DNA of 64,000 bases from Massalongia carnosa (lineage: Eukaryota): NCBI GenBank assembly GCA_965645245.1, contig OZ287070.1, positions 1,426,001 to 1,490,000 of the forward strand, given 5' to 3'. A model generated the notes under the pieces. That model saw only the letters and a program-made list of their open reading frames with translations, searched no databases and was not told the origin of the DNA. Positions 49,188 through 64,000 of the stretch are shown here, in pieces. Every line of letters begins with the position of its first letter. Position 1 is the stretch's first letter. A program made the translations under genes and the position numbers.

Positions 49188-50803
49188 GCACGTTTTGCAT
49201 CTATGTGACTTTTCTGAAGGAAAGGAAACCCTGGCGCGCAGGTGATGGGCGACTCCGTCCGCTTGACGAATTATGATGACCCTACAACACGAAAACTTGT
49301 ATTATATTGGACCACTTTCATTCCCTATGCGAGAAGCCATGATGATAAGTATACGAATTTCCCCAAACTTAACGACTCTTTTCTTATCTGTCTCTGCTCA
49401 GCTGGCGTGCATTTATTTGGTACCATGGCACGCTGTCTTCGTCTTGTAGATTTGATTAAAGCCGACGCGGGTGGTAATTTTTCGATGGGGTTAGACGTGT
49501 ATAATAAGCGTGGGCGGTCTTCACAGTATTTGCATTTGGAGGGTTACCTTTTCAGGATCGGCCAATACTTCCAGCCTGGCGCTGCCTTCTTTTATTTCAG
49601 GTTCTTGTCAAAGCTATTTGGTGAACGGCAGAGTAGACGGAGGGATAATAATGGATAGGTTTGGTCTTATAGATGACCGGAGCTTCCTACCGAGATTCTT
49701 CGGGAGTTATACAGTTCCATGATACTTGGGGAGAATTCTGACGATTAACCGCCGTGGATTGCACATACGTTTGGGGTGTAGATCGTTGGGTGATTTGATA
49801 TGATTTTTTATTTCCATCGAGGTACTCTGTACACGGTGGTGAGGTGGGTTTGCAGTCCCCATTTGTGCCCTTTCATCGCGCAGCACATAGGTACAGAGTA
49901 CATCCCCTCGTGCCCAGATACCTCAAAGGTACTCTGGTCACGCTAAGTCCTGATCCGGCCTAAAGGTAAGAAACAGTCGCGCTAAAAGTGCCAAGCACGA
50001 AAGGTATGCTTTCCGTTTTGCCCAAAAACTCCAACTCCACAAGGGTCTACTGTAACTCCACAACCGCGACGACGACGACGACGACTTTGTGATAATCCCC
50101 CAGACGCGAATATCAACCGCTTCAACTTGCTCAACTCAACCCGATTACCAACTGTGTAACCAACAAGATCGCTGCTTTTGTGAGCGGGCTGATGCACTTT
50201 GTACTTCTTTCTTCAGCTAACAGAATCTCCCTGGGACTAAGGATGCAGTAACTTCAACGTTAGAAAACATTGGAGGCTCAACCTGCTCTGTTCAGCTGCG
50301 AACACTTCTGTCAACAAAACTCTCGTTCAGCCTCCCCCCTCGACTATCTTGCTGCAACACTTTGTCACATGCGATCTTTAGATCTTGCGCACGCACTCTG
50401 ACAGACCCTTTCCTGGGTTGACCGGGATCTACCACTTGCGCAGCCCAATCAACTCCTACCCTGGGCGTACACAATAACCCGTCGGTTAGTATATTCTAGA
50501 GTTGCGCCAAATCACTAAGGCTACGCTCTGGGAAAGCCAAATCGCTCTTTCCAGGTAAGTGCCCAAGATATTAGCAGACCGTTTATTTGCCCCTCCCCAA
50601 ATCAAATCCAACACGGGCAGTTGAAGCGTGCTCAAGCGCGTTCAGCTATTCTATTCAGCCTAGCTGACTGTTAACAAAGTGATATTCAAAGGAAGCAAGG
50701 TGACTCCTAGCCAGGATTCAGCGCAGTAAAGCCACGAGGGGTAGCCGAGGCTTGTGCTCAGGGTCTTAAGTCGACTATTCCCTCTAACCATTGGGTACAC
50801 GAA

Positions 50804-52022
<1,219 letters not shown>

Positions 52023-52970
52023 TTGTACCAACACGATCTTTCGGTGTGCAGCAGGTTCGGGCGGAGATAGAATCCTCATCAATCCACAACACGCCGGACC
52101 ACCCTCGACCGAAGACACGAAAATCTTAGCTACGGCCCCTACGACATTCTCATACCGTTTTCATTCCTCGAGTGAACCGCCTCTCCGCCATTTTCTCCGA
52201 GACTCTCTCTCTCTCTTTCTCTCTCATACTACACTACCCTCACGCCGGCGACGATGGTGGTGGATTTTAGAGATCAGACGGAAAATAGCCATTTGGGCTA
52301 GGGGGTTCGGCTAGTGTTGTTTTGCGTTTTTTGCTCTCTATCGGGCGGTGGTGGAGGAGGAGAATGGGGGGAAGCGGGGGCGAGCGGATGTGCCCACGGT
52401 TTCTTTTCAGACACGTAGTGTATTTTTGTCACTTTGGTGGCAACACACAAGATCGGGCTTAGTTGCGTTCAAAGACTTATCGTTCTTTCTGTCAAGCAGC
52501 AAAGCACAATGCGCGCGACTCCTTCCTTGTGAACGCTTCCACCGGCTTTCGAACCCCAACCCCCCTTTCTTGGACCAGAAAAACAGCCAAACGTCCATCT
52601 ACTCTGTGTCCCCCCAACGTATATGTATGCCATCATCGACACAAAGAAGGCATCCATCACCACCCGGGGGGGTTTCCGGACAGTAAATTAACGATAAAAT
52701 AGATGAACACACACACGCACGGCAGGTTCGGGTTGTCGGAACCAAGCGATTGATTAATTGATTTTGGGTACGCGATATAAGTGCCCCTTCTGTAGGGGTC
52801 GCTTTGCTAACTTTTCTAAAAAAAAAAAATTTAAAAAATCGTGGTGTTTCTTTTTCCATAAATCCTCGACGTGTCCGGTAGGTAAGTAGTAGCTACAACC
52901 CCCGTCCCCCATCCACCCTCCACCCCCATTCATTGCTCCTTTCTTCAGCTGAGTCCATTCTTGACGAAAA

Positions 52971-54044
<1,074 letters not shown>

Positions 54045-54716
54045 TTTGGGGCTCTTGAATTTTGTACGCAGGCGTGAACGGTTGAGGGTCAAGTCTTCGA
54101 GAGAGTTTGAGGATATATATGCCGGTAAAAGGAAGCGAAGCGTGAGTTAGTTGTATCTTCAAAGGAGTGATATGAGCTTTACAGTGTTAAGTCATCAGTG
54201 AAGGGTGGCTAGAAACATCTTTCGTCTGGATCAACGTTTATAACCAGATATATGACAGGTGGCGACCGGCCCGCAAAGCCTAATTATGTAATACTTACCT
54301 GCTTCCTGCGCCGCCTGGGCATGGAGGTAAACGGGGTGAATCTACATCACAGGATCTCCCGTCATCATAATGCGAGTATGGGTGCGATAGCATCGTTACT
54401 GAAATCATTAAAACAGTGAGAAGTGACGCCAACAAACAAACGAATGCGTTGATACCGCCCAACTATGCCTTGTGAATTCCCAGCACTCCATAAAGAAATT
54501 CGTACATCATTTTCGTACCACTCTCCAAGCCGAGTGTACTACTTCCTAATCCGGGGTATATCGAAAGAAAGCACAATTAGTAGACATAGGGTAGATCTGC
54601 CAATGATATGCAAATGCAAGGTCTCAACGTTTGATAAACAAATGAATGTCCCAAGGTATGTACAAGATATGTGAGACAGTGAAAGGATCAACAGGAAGCA
54701 TGAGCATGCCGAACAA

Positions 54717-57104
54717 TCAAACGGAAAGGACAAGCACCGTTTTTTGCCCATATTCTCTCATTTTGTTGGCCATCTCTAAGCCCAATTCTTTCATCCTCTC
54801 CGCGCCCTTCCCAGGCTGGCACTTACGTTCCTTCTCTTGGCCCGCATAACGGCAGTGCTGCCGCCATAACTTTTCCTTCCGTCGTTGCCTTCTGCACTCA
54901 AGCCCTTTGATAATCTCGATCGGCCCACGGGTATGAACATCGGGCTTTGGCGGCAAGAGTCTATCGGATGGGGTATCCGATCCATATTGGCTAGCTTGCC
55001 GATGTTGGTGCCAAAAAGGATTGGGGGTTCGTGGCAACGATGTTGTACGGGTGAGATGTGGGCGTTGAGCAAGGTATGGCATCGGCATGCCCTGAGATTT
55101 GTGCTGTGGTGATATGCAGGAGGTCCTCCGGGTGGAAGGAGGAGATTTAAGTTTCTGACGTACAGCAGGAGGAGACCTCAAATGTCCAGGGGATTGCCCG
55201 AAAAGCCGGCGCGGAGGAGGGGACCTAGATATCATATTGCGCCTCGGTGGAGCCGGAGAGCGTAACCGTTTGGGAGAAGGAACAGGCGATTTACCCATTT
55301 TCTTCGAAGTTTTTCTTTTGCTCTTCGTAGTCTGCTCTTCTTCATCCGAGTTATCGGGCCGGCCCATGACCCACGTGGGATCATCGCTAGGTTGTAGCCC
55401 GTCGTCGTCTTCGTCATCGTCATCTTCTTCGGCTTCAGGATCTGATGTCGGAAAGCTTGGGTCAATATCTTGAGGTATAACCTTATGCTTCGAGCGCCGT
55501 CGTTCCTCTAAACAGGACATATAAGCTGCCTCAAGAGGCCGATCTTCATCAAGGGTTCCACAGACAAAATCAGTACTATCCGGAAGATCCGGAGTACCTG
55601 GACGCATTTTCGGAGGTTTCTGAGATCGTCGGCTTTTTTGAGTTCGCCTTGTACCAGCATCGTAGCTTAAGCCTTTCTCTTTGACGTCTTGGCTATTGAT
55701 CATCGATTCTATTGAAGACTCGGATGGAAACCTTTGCTTCATCGGACGTATATGTTCAATATGGTCCACGGAGGTAGCAGCTGTGGTCAAGCCTGGAGTC
55801 CAAAATTGATACTGCGAGCCATGATCGCTGTCATCATCGGAATCAGCGAATCCACCTTCGTCGTCGGTCTCATTTCCTCCATCCGAAGCGTCTTCGTCGC
55901 TATCCAGATTAACATCATCATCATCCTCGATGTTGATCAGGTCGTCCAGAGATTCTCCAGAGATCTCCGCATCCTCTTGAAGGGCTTCTTCTTCAGCTTC
56001 TTCGGCCAGTTTTCTGATTGCGTTTTCCTTCCATAAAGTGTCATTGACCGTAATTTTTTGCCGATAAGCTGTCTGTTCATGTATCCACTCATCGTCTTTA
56101 TTGAAAGATCCGGCAAACTCGTGAAACCTAGTGGCTTCAGACAACTCTAGGTCTTTGTGGTTGAAGATCACAGGCTTCCTTGGCGGAACATTTTCCGAGG
56201 TGCTCTCTTTCGGGCTGCCTTTGATCGTTGACCCTGAATCACGATGTTCGCGATGTGCGGTATGGTGGATTGGTGAATCAGCACCTGGTGGTGGAGGCCG
56301 AAAACTCTTCAATGGCTCAGCTGGTTGCCTGAGTTGCTCAACTTTTCTAGCTTCTGAAGGAGACTTCGTGGGACAAGCGAATCTCAACATGCATGGGCGC
56401 CTGGGTGGATTTGTGGATTGTTGCACATCCGTCTGTAAAGTGGCAGGCTTCGACTGAGGTGTATTCGCCAGAGCCGCCTCGCGGCCACATGCGAAAGTTA
56501 TGCAACGCCGCCGTCCTAGGCCTTCCTCCACACTTTTTCCGGTCGGCTTCGCTACCGACTTTTCTGTGTCCTTAGCATCCCTATGAAAGCTCGCTGCGTT
56601 TTTATTAATCTCTATATTCTGGCCGGCAATGTTGTTTAGGGTAGGTATAGCCAATTCAGGGACGTTGTTAGTAGGTAGAGGAGGGCTTGGGGTCGTGGTG
56701 CGCGCTGGACTTAATAATCCTCCATCACTTGTGAGCAAAGGCAGCGTGTCTGTGTCAGACCATGGCGTCAGATCTGGAGTCGTGAGCAATGCCTGGGTAA
56801 GAAGCGATAATTTTACATTTTTCTGAAGGATCGATATTTTTGTAGAGCTACTTAGAGGCAGTAGAGTCTGCCTGCTAGAAGTGGGGAGGCGTTGAAAATG
56901 GAGGTGCTCGTCCGGGGGCTCATCAACGTCCCCAGCTGCTTCCTCGTCGCCCACACCGGGCCTCTCGCAGGATAAGCGAAAGCCATCTGAACATTGGACA
57001 TCCTGCGCGGTAGACATATAACTCGGTTGCTGACGGCGGGCCATATCAGATGGAAGCTCAAGTAAAGGATAACCGTGGGTGACGTCGAAGATATTATGGG
57101 TCAC
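54717..57104 (-). CDS. Conserved fungal acidic/proline-rich protein (DUF2457-like); true start uncertain, first ATG at 57044
   Basis: Long single ORF with RFHEFA, ENAIRKLAEEAEEEA, LPDSTDFVCGTLDEDRPLE, PQDIDPSFP. The family label is from memory of the motif. Confidence 0.75.
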   Translation of the reverse strand: MTHNIFDVTHGYPLLELPSDMARRQQPSYMSTAQDVQCSDGFRLSCERPGVGDEEAAGDVDEPPDEHLHFQRLPTSSRQTLLPLSSSTKISILQKNVKLSLLTQALLTTPDLTPWSDTDTLPLLTSDGGLLSPARTTTPSPPLPTNNVPELAIPTLNNIAGQNIEINKNAASFHRDAKDTEKSVAKPTGKSVEEGLGRRRCITFACGREAALANTPQSKPATLQTDVQQSTNPPRRPCMLRFACPTKSPSEARKVEQLRQPAEPLKSFRPPPPGADSPIHHTAHREHRDSGSTIKGSPKESTSENVPPRKPVIFNHKDLELSEATRFHEFAGSFNKDDEWIHEQTAYRQKITVNDTLWKENAIRKLAEEAEEEALQEDAEISGESLDDLINIEDDDDVNLDSDEDASDGGNETDDEGGFADSDDDSDHGSQYQFWTPGLTTAATSVDHIEHIRPMKQRFPSESSIESMINSQDVKEKGLSYDAGTRRTQKSRRSQKPPKMRPGTPDLPDSTDFVCGTLDEDRPLEAAYMSCLEERRRSKHKVIPQDIDPSFPTSDPEAEEDDDDEDDDGLQPSDDPTWVMGRPDNSDEEEQTTKSKRKTSKKMGKSPVPSPKRLRSPAPPRRNMISRSPPPRRLFGQSPGHLRSPPAVRQKLKSPPSTRRTSCISPQHKSQGMPMPYLAQRPHLTRTTSLPRTPNPFWHQHRQASQYGSDTPSDRLLPPKPDVHTRGPIEIIKGLECRRQRRKEKLWRQHCRYAGQEKERKCQPGKGAERMKELGLEMANKMREYGQKTVLVLSV

Positions 57105-59730
57105 GGACGAAAGAGTCCAAATCAGAGAGATTTGCGAGAGAGCAAAGGAAGTTCAGTCTCATTCGGTTTCGCGATCATTCAAGAGAAATAGCTAACGATG
57201 ACAATTGTGAATAAGAATGATTTGACCAATTCTATCAAAGACCAGAGTGGTTGGAGCACCGATAGTTTGGGTTGGAGAGACGTCAAGACCAGAATGCCGA
57301 CTGATACAGTGAAGCTGGTGTCCCTCAGGACCGTGACGCTATAAGAGTAGATCAAACATTGCAAAGGTTTCGAGCAGGAGCACTCGAGATGCGACGCTCA
57401 AAGCAAGGCGTGCCAGCAAAACAGGTCCTAGGCGGCAAAAAAAACCCAGCAAACGCTGGCAGTTTTACCAGAGCCCCAACTTGATCGATGTATGATATTG
57501 ATGAGGCAACTGGTCTTTATTGAAACAAAAATGCGTGGCGAAAGAGTCCCGGACAATAGACGGTCCAACAGTCGTGAGACTCAAAGCTATTTGAAAGTAG
57601 GCTAGTCGTCATAGAATGTTTTGAGAAAGCAAGAGGTCAGACAGATTGTAGATGATAAATAGTTATGGCAACATGAGGAATGACGGTTTTATCACAAGCT
57701 TTGCAGTATCTGCTGTGGGGAAGGAAAAGATAGGGAAAGTGGGAGAGGGCGGGCTTTTGAGCTGAATTACGAGTTGGCTTCCATAATACAAACTACACGC
57801 CCCGAGGCTCGGGATTCGCCTTACAAACAGTGTAAAATACCGATCTACTCGATACTCGTATCGTGGAATAACTCTGTACACTTCGTTTCAAAACATCGGA
57901 GATTTACATAAGTTACATTCATGCATGATGCATCAATATCTGTATTCCGTTGGTTGTAACCTTAAATGCTGTACTGAGTACCGAGTCGGAGTATGTACTC
58001 TAGACACAGTTAGGACTAGTCACTTTGTATGTACATTACCCTCTCCCTTTACTTGAGAGTACTCCGTCCAGTGTACCCTGTATGGAGAAAGTAACTCAGG
58101 TGATCAATTACTACACTATTCAATTCCCGTGACCTCCCTAAAACTGAGAATATTTTTCTATATAGGGTGCCTATTCGTCTTTTACCCATTCATTGCATAC
58201 ATCCGGCCATCGGAGACGAAAGTACGTAACTTATGGCGGGGTGGCGGTGAGTGAAAAAATACCATATTCAATGCTTCGAGAACACGGTGTAAACATGAAT
58301 AATTACGCAATTGTCACCAAGCAGAGTACATAGTTAGGGAAAACTCCGTAGCCCTTGCATTGGTAGCATTGAGAGGCTTCTTTGATATGTAATGATACGA
58401 ACATAATGCAACGTAACAGGAATCTCGGCCACAGGAATAGTTCAGTTGCTTGAAACTTTCTGTCAAATTTTCGCCTATATATCATCATAGTTGACCTGCT
58501 TCCATAATTGATAGATAGAAAGGTTTCATCATAAGCCCCATTTTCTACCATACACTTCCAGACTTTATACTCAATACACTTTACCTATTCAGCCTTTGTC
58601 TTACTTATCGCCTCCTTGGTAAAACTTATGCATTTTTATTAATCCCGTTTATTACCCTTCAGGCATCTCATTCACCTTATCAAAATCGAGGAAGACGCTA
58701 ATGGGTCGATTTTAATTTAATAGCTAAGCAAGAATAAAAAGATAGGACCGGGGTGGAGAGAAAAGTGTATAGAAAGAAATATCTAAACTTGTTTTTGGCT
58801 CGACTTGGTGAGTCGATAAGAAAGTTAAGTATCTACAACCCGAAATGAGCCAAGGGACACTTTTGCTAAAACCACTAGAGACATTTCGAAAAGTAATATA
58901 TCTGCGGCTGCAAGTTTGAAAAGGGTCAGCAGTTAAGACCGTAGCTCTATGCGTGCAGAAACCTAAATACGTCAGTCTCGGCTGATCAGGTGTCTTAATC
59001 TACCTTTTGCTACAACGTTTGGAGAAAAGCGAGTTGTCTGAATATTTAAACTGCCTGCTCGTCCTCAGCTTCAGCAGCAGTTCTCAGTGGTGGATGGTCC
59101 GCCACATATATGTTCGATAGGACGAGTAGAAAATCACATGGGATGTAATAGATGCAAGACCTACTCGTATTCACCCCATTTGCAACACACCCCCATTTGC
59201 AACACGCTAGTTAGTAAGCACCCCACCAAAATCCGAAAAACCTTTACCTTTCAGCTTCGCATGCCACCAAAATTGCTAGTAATTGCAAGCCAACTGATGA
59301 AGTCGGTTCGGAATAATCTGAACATTTATTGACCTTAAATATAACCCAATGGCTGCATCAAAAGAACTGGAATTGAGCTTTGTATGTACGTTTAAACCTC
59401 ATCTTTTCACTCCCCCTCCTTTTCCACCCCACTTTCCAGCTGTCTGACAGCAGCAGACTGTCCTAATAACTTTCCCTTGACCAATCAATGTCCTCTAATC
59501 AACGAGGTCTTCCAGTTTGAGCTTCGAAAAAGCGATACTGTTGATCAAGAAGGCGTTGCTTGTGTTGGATCGGAGGGAATTTTTTAAGGATAGGTCCTGA
59601 AGTCCCATCAACATCATTTGACAGATAAACTCAGGGCAAATGAACTTGTGAAAGGACTATTTATACGTACAGAGACTTTTTATTGGCTAGGAGGAGGAGG
59701 ATCATGCGTACGAGGCGAGTTTCTAGTTCT

Positions 59731-61575
59731 TTAATCAAGCCTTTGCGACGGCTTTATTGTCCTACCACTTCGACTGATGCGCATTTCTTTCATTCTATTC
59801 GCCTCCGGCCCAATCATGAAAGTCTTTTTTGGCAATGAATTTCCTCTTGATCGCTTCTTGATAGGACTGGGCGAGAGAAGTATGATTGAACCCGAAGGCG
59901 GAGGAAGCATCGGAGGCCTTTGAAGAGCTTTCTTGATGGGACTGCGTTGTTTTGACTCCATGAATAAATCGGGACTGAGTTTGTTGAAAGATTTCACCAA
60001 AAGATTGAACTCTTTGGTCATTTGTTTATCAATCTTTTCCTTTTCTTTGCTAGCTAGCTTTTGCTCTCGTTCCTCGAGAACCTCCGAATTCATGATTCTA
60101 GCAGTACCATAATGTCCCTTCGCTCGATTTGCTCTTTCGTGTTTACGACGAGCAGCTACAAGAAGTTCTTCGTTTGTAATCCTGAGAAGATGACTGCTTG
60201 CCAACGCGGATTTGCAGGCCTTTCCAAGCTTGTCGAGAATCAATTGATTTGAGTCATTGTCAGTCAATTGCTCCATCAAATTATTGACTTGATCAGCATT
60301 TGCTGGAGTAAATGCCACTGAAACAGAGACATCATTTGAACTCGTGACTGTCATTTTCGGAGGCGTAGAAGGATGAGGTGGACTAGGAAGTTTTTGAAGA
60401 ACTATAGCAGGATTGAATGAAAACAACCCACTTTTGGACCAGGCATGCTGAATATTTTGAGTGGATAAAGCTCTGTTTCGAGCCTTTTGATAAAGAAGCA
60501 GAAAGTCTGCTTTATCAATTGAATAACCAACTCCTAGTCTAGTATACTTCTCCAGTTCCACCCGATAGGCCGTAGACAATGGATGAAAAACACCAACGTC
60601 TAAAGGCTGAAGCATGTCCGTTGAATGAGAAGGAAGACATAAAAGAATGATGTCTTTTTCCTTACAAAACTGAATCGCTTCTGAAGTAAGATGAGAAGCA
60701 TGTCCATCGAGAATAAGAAGACGATAGCGACCTTTTAAACGGCTTCGTGTTTCCGGTTCAAAACAGTGCTTTAACCAATCCAGACCGATTTCATTGTTTG
60801 TCCATCCATTCTCACTCAGAGCAATGTGACCACCTTCTTTGATAAATGAACGCCAGGCCTTTTGCTGTTGTTTACCTTTGAAAATAACCCATGGTTTAAG
60901 AACCGCTCCATCAGCAGATACACATTCGATCAGAGAAACCCATTCTCTATTACCGCATTGAGTCAATAATGCTGGTCGATCATGCTTAGAGCAAATTACT
61001 CTGAGCTTGCCCACTAGTCCCATAGCAAATCCTTTTTCATCCATATTGTAGCAGTCCTCCTCATTGAATTTGTATTGATTAAAATTCTTTGCGTACAGCT
61101 GAAACCATTGATTGAGCATTTCCGCATTATGCATTAAAGCTCTTTCCTTGTCCAATGCCTGACAAAACACAGTATCCAACTCTTTATGACGGGATAAAAA
61201 TTTGCTCACCCAATTGATACCCAAATCGTTGCGATCGTCTCGCTTTATCAGCATTTCTAACGCCATAAAGCGAAGTTGTGTTACACGAGGAGGCCAGCCC
61301 CATGCCTCCATTTGTATTGTCCAGTCCACGAGAGCGGATTCCTCCTCCGGAAGTAATCGCTGCTGCAATAGAGCAGCTTCTTTATGAGTTTTCGTTTCTG
61401 CAAGTCGTCTAGTAAGGGTGGAATGAATGATACCATGCTTACGGGCGATTTTTCGAACGGATGGCTTGTCTTCGAAAGCTTTGGGACCGGCTTCCCAGTC
61501 ATTAAATGACTCTCTATAAGCAGCAATAGCAAGCTGAATGCGCTCCTCTTTGGGCAGTTCGTCTGCTGAGTTCAT
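59731..61575 (-). CDS. Fot1/pogo transposase (614 aa), intact
   Basis: HTH SVRKIARKHGI, CENP-B-type EESALVDW...GINWVSKFL, DDD triad NMDEKG / LILDGHASH / LQPLDVG; no stops. Confidence 0.95.
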   Translation of the reverse strand: MNSADELPKEERIQLAIAAYRESFNDWEAGPKAFEDKPSVRKIARKHGIIHSTLTRRLAETKTHKEAALLQQRLLPEEESALVDWTIQMEAWGWPPRVTQLRFMALEMLIKRDDRNDLGINWVSKFLSRHKELDTVFCQALDKERALMHNAEMLNQWFQLYAKNFNQYKFNEEDCYNMDEKGFAMGLVGKLRVICSKHDRPALLTQCGNREWVSLIECVSADGAVLKPWVIFKGKQQQKAWRSFIKEGGHIALSENGWTNNEIGLDWLKHCFEPETRSRLKGRYRLLILDGHASHLTSEAIQFCKEKDIILLCLPSHSTDMLQPLDVGVFHPLSTAYRVELEKYTRLGVGYSIDKADFLLLYQKARNRALSTQNIQHAWSKSGLFSFNPAIVLQKLPSPPHPSTPPKMTVTSSNDVSVSVAFTPANADQVNNLMEQLTDNDSNQLILDKLGKACKSALASSHLLRITNEELLVAARRKHERANRAKGHYGTARIMNSEVLEEREQKLASKEKEKIDKQMTKEFNLLVKSFNKLSPDLFMESKQRSPIKKALQRPPMLPPPSGSIILLSPSPIKKRSRGNSLPKKTFMIGPEANRMKEMRISRSGRTIKPSQRLD

Positions 61576-61593
61576 AATGAATTAATTGAGTTG

Positions 61594-62081
61594 TGTCACG
61601 GACAAGGTCCAGATAGGGAGATATGCAAGAGTTACTATTAGAAAGCTAGGTCTAGGGATAGTATACAAGACGTCCGATGAAGAGCTCCAAACACCTGAGA
61701 AACCACATAGCTTTTATAGCCATGGCTTCCAACTCCCCTATTCTTGACTTGCCCTCATCTCTGTTCGTTCTAATTTCCTAACCATGATCGCTTTGACCTG
61801 TTCCGCCTTTCTCCATGCCGAAGCAATCTCTCTCTGCTGGGCAATCCCAGTCGTAGGCTTGGATAGTGGAGACGTTGAGATTGGATTCGGGATGTAGGAG
61901 TTTGGGAGTGCACTGAAGGCAGCGGAAGAAGGTCTGAACACATGGGGTGAGGTTTTCAGGATAGTTCGGAATAACGAGCCACGGTTCTATTCAACATGCA
62001 GGGCAGGTTTCACGGCAAGAGAGCCTGTTAAATACTAACCCGATCAGGAAACGTGGGAGGGTGCGAGGTAATTCCATGACA
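61594..62081 (-). mobile_element. Solo LTR C (488 bp) inside the DNA transposon's 5' region
   Basis: TGTCA...TGACA termini and long collinear similarity with solo LTR A; flanks AGTTG and ATGCA do not match. Confidence 0.9.
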
Positions 62082-63028
62082 ATGCAGATAGAAGAGGGAG
62101 AAATGAAAAAAATTTGATATACCGGAGTTAGCGGACTTTAATGCGGGTGCTTACTAACTAGCGTGTTGCAAATGGGGGTGAATACGAGTAGTTCCGTCTT
62201 TGAAAGCAGTCTGGGATGACGAAAACGACATCTAGGCATTAGCTAGCCTGGGGTGATGGAGTACACACAGGGCTTGGCCATGTAAAAACCCAAGACGGCG
62301 GATAATTTAAGAGGGATATACTTTGAAAAAGATAGCACAGAGCGGAGTTTCTCGTAGCATCCTTTGTATGCACGCAATCCTGACTTCCTCAACAAAAATA
62401 TACGCATAACTCAGAAACGCCTGTAAATCGCAAAAGTCAACTTGTTTAATGTGAAAATCTGCATTATGTATGATGAGCGAGCTCGCTACCATGGATCAGT
62501 AGTCAAAAAGTATTTTACAGTAAGAAAGTAAGGAGCAAATACGGTTAAGAAATCATTGCCTGAGCTTAATCATACTATTCTCCATAAAGTATAGAAAAAT
62601 AGTGTAATAGGAGAACATGTATCCAGTTTTTTTACCTCCTGAACCGCTTTGCCAGCTTCAGGACGCAGCTAATTCATGCATACATCTAGTATTGGGCTGT
62701 AGGGAGTACAGAGTAGGTTCTGTACGTTAAAGATGTTTTCAGGACGCAAAACCTCCGATTGATAGTTAGCTGGGTTTACTCTCCTCAAATTCTTAGAAGG
62801 CGTACGTTGGGCAAAGTTTAGATCTAAGGAAGGTGCATCAAGATATATGATGAAAGAAGGGTTTCTATATCAGTTTCAAAAATCACGTGTTTAGGTAGGT
62901 AGCACTTGGCCCCAAAGCGAAGTAGTGTGCTAGCGTGTATCTGTGATCACATGATATCCTTTTTCACGTCTTTGGGAATTTGGATTATCGTCAGTCTATG
63001 TCGCTCGAAAAGTTTACTCAACTCCAAT

Positions 63029-63925
63029 ATGAACTCTTTACGTATAGTAGCGCGAGCAGCGTCACGTATTCAGCCCCTGACTTTATCAGTGCGTATTCAG
63101 CGCAGAAGTTATGCTGACGCTGTATCGGATAAGATCCAGCTTACGCTGGCTCTACCTCATCAGGTACTTTGCCAGCTTCCAGAGATCCTTAGGGGAATGC
63201 CATGACTCGGCTGATCTAATCTGAATAACAGTCTATTTACAAATCTAAGGACGTGTAAGTTTCAACGTCAAACTGCATTAATCCATGGACCCGCCCCCCA
63301 TCCCCCCCAAAAGTCGTCGCAACTAATCGGGGCTGGAATGAGTAGAGTACAGGTCAATATCGCGGCTGAATCTGGAGAGATGGGTGTTCTCGCCAATCAT
63401 GTCCCCTCTATAGAGCAATTGAAGCCCGGTTTGGTTGAAATAATCGAGGAAAGTGGCGCTAGCAAACAGTTCTTCTGTACGTTTATACCCTCATACGTCT
63501 CAGCTGTCACCTCTGTATGACTGTGACGAGGATATGTCTTTAGCCTTCCAGACGGCTATGGACTCCATGAAATATCTACTGATCCGAAGAGTTCATCCTT
63601 TAGTATCTGGAGGATTCGCCATCGTACAACCAGGTTCCAAGCTTAGCATTAATGCGGTCGAGGGATTTCCACTTGAGGACTTTAGCGCAGATGTAAGCTT
63701 ATTCTAGAAGTCTCTAATTAACTGAGCTAAGAGGTTCATCCCACAGGCGGTGCGATCACAGATCACAGAGGCTCAAAAGATAGCTGGGGGAGGTGGTAGC
63801 GAGCAAGACGTTGCCGAAGCCAAGGTTGAGCTCGAGGTAAATACCATATACTAAGATTTGCTTGCTCTGAGCGAGAGAGCTAACAAATATAGGTATTGGA
63901 AAGTTTGCAAGCATCGCTCAAGTAG
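63029..63925 (+). CDS. ATP16: Mitochondrial ATP synthase F1 delta subunit; exons 63029-63163, 63232-63254, 63346-63476, 63604-63692, 63747-63836, 63893-63925
   Basis: Presequence ending RRSYADA, QVNIAAESGEMGVLANHVPSIEQLKPG, SGGFAIVQPGS, AEAKVELEVLESLQ. Confidence 0.96.
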
Positions 63926-64000
63926 GAGTTGCTAGTATATATCTAGACCTGATTGTATATCATGGGATCATACAGATGATTGCTGAAAAGCCCTTACTTG

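Larger units (their letters stand above)
59164..62188 (-). mobile_element. Complete Fot1/pogo-type DNA transposon
   Basis: TIRs CTCGTATTCACCCC...GCTAGTTAGTAAGCACCC (59164-59224, with an extra CACCCCATTTGCAACA repeat; and 62145-62188), flanked by TA on both sides. Confidence 0.95.

Noticed and set aside
57200..59160. Small ORFs upstream of the DUF2457-like gene
   Set aside because: No motifs or coding signature; probably leader and promoter.
61738..61941. 67-aa ORF inside solo LTR C, partly mirrored in LTR A
   Set aside because: LTR A has an in-frame stop and a later frame-breaking indel; the similarity is explained by nucleotide homology.

Overview
Genomic DNA of a filamentous ascomycete (spliceosomal introns with CTAAC/CTGAC branch sites; fungal PRI2, PP1, SAR1 and ATP16 genes), in two contrasting halves. 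Bases 1-~30,960 are a dense nested transposon cluster. A decayed chromoviral Gypsy element (G0) is interrupted by an intact young Gypsy (G1, 1195-6904), a solo LTR and a Copia element (8513-20290), and that Copia is itself split by a third Gypsy (G2, 12632-19276). The cluster continues with a pogo-like pseudogene, a Tad1-like LINE, hAT-like ends, a MITE and another solo LTR. Five of the LTR insertions have readable 5-bp target-site duplications (TSDs). Bases ~31,000-64,000 are gene-rich: an AhpD/CMD-like gene, a C2H2 transcription factor, primase large subunit, patatin lipase, LRR protein, PP1, SAR1, a DUF2457-like protein and ATP synthase delta. This half also holds one intact Fot1/pogo DNA transposon carrying a solo LTR just upstream of its transposase. 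Main leads: (i) the C2H2 factor has an internal TGA in a CAA-TTA readthrough context, which also lies inside a possible 60-nt GC-AG intron, plus two in-frame alternative donors; (ii) the LTR promoter points at the intact transposase; (iii) G1 has a Tf1-type self-priming site and the Copia a half-tRNA-iMet priming site; (iv) a TAC(A/G)GAGTA motif recurs in intergenic DNA. All calls are by eye from motifs; no database searches were run.
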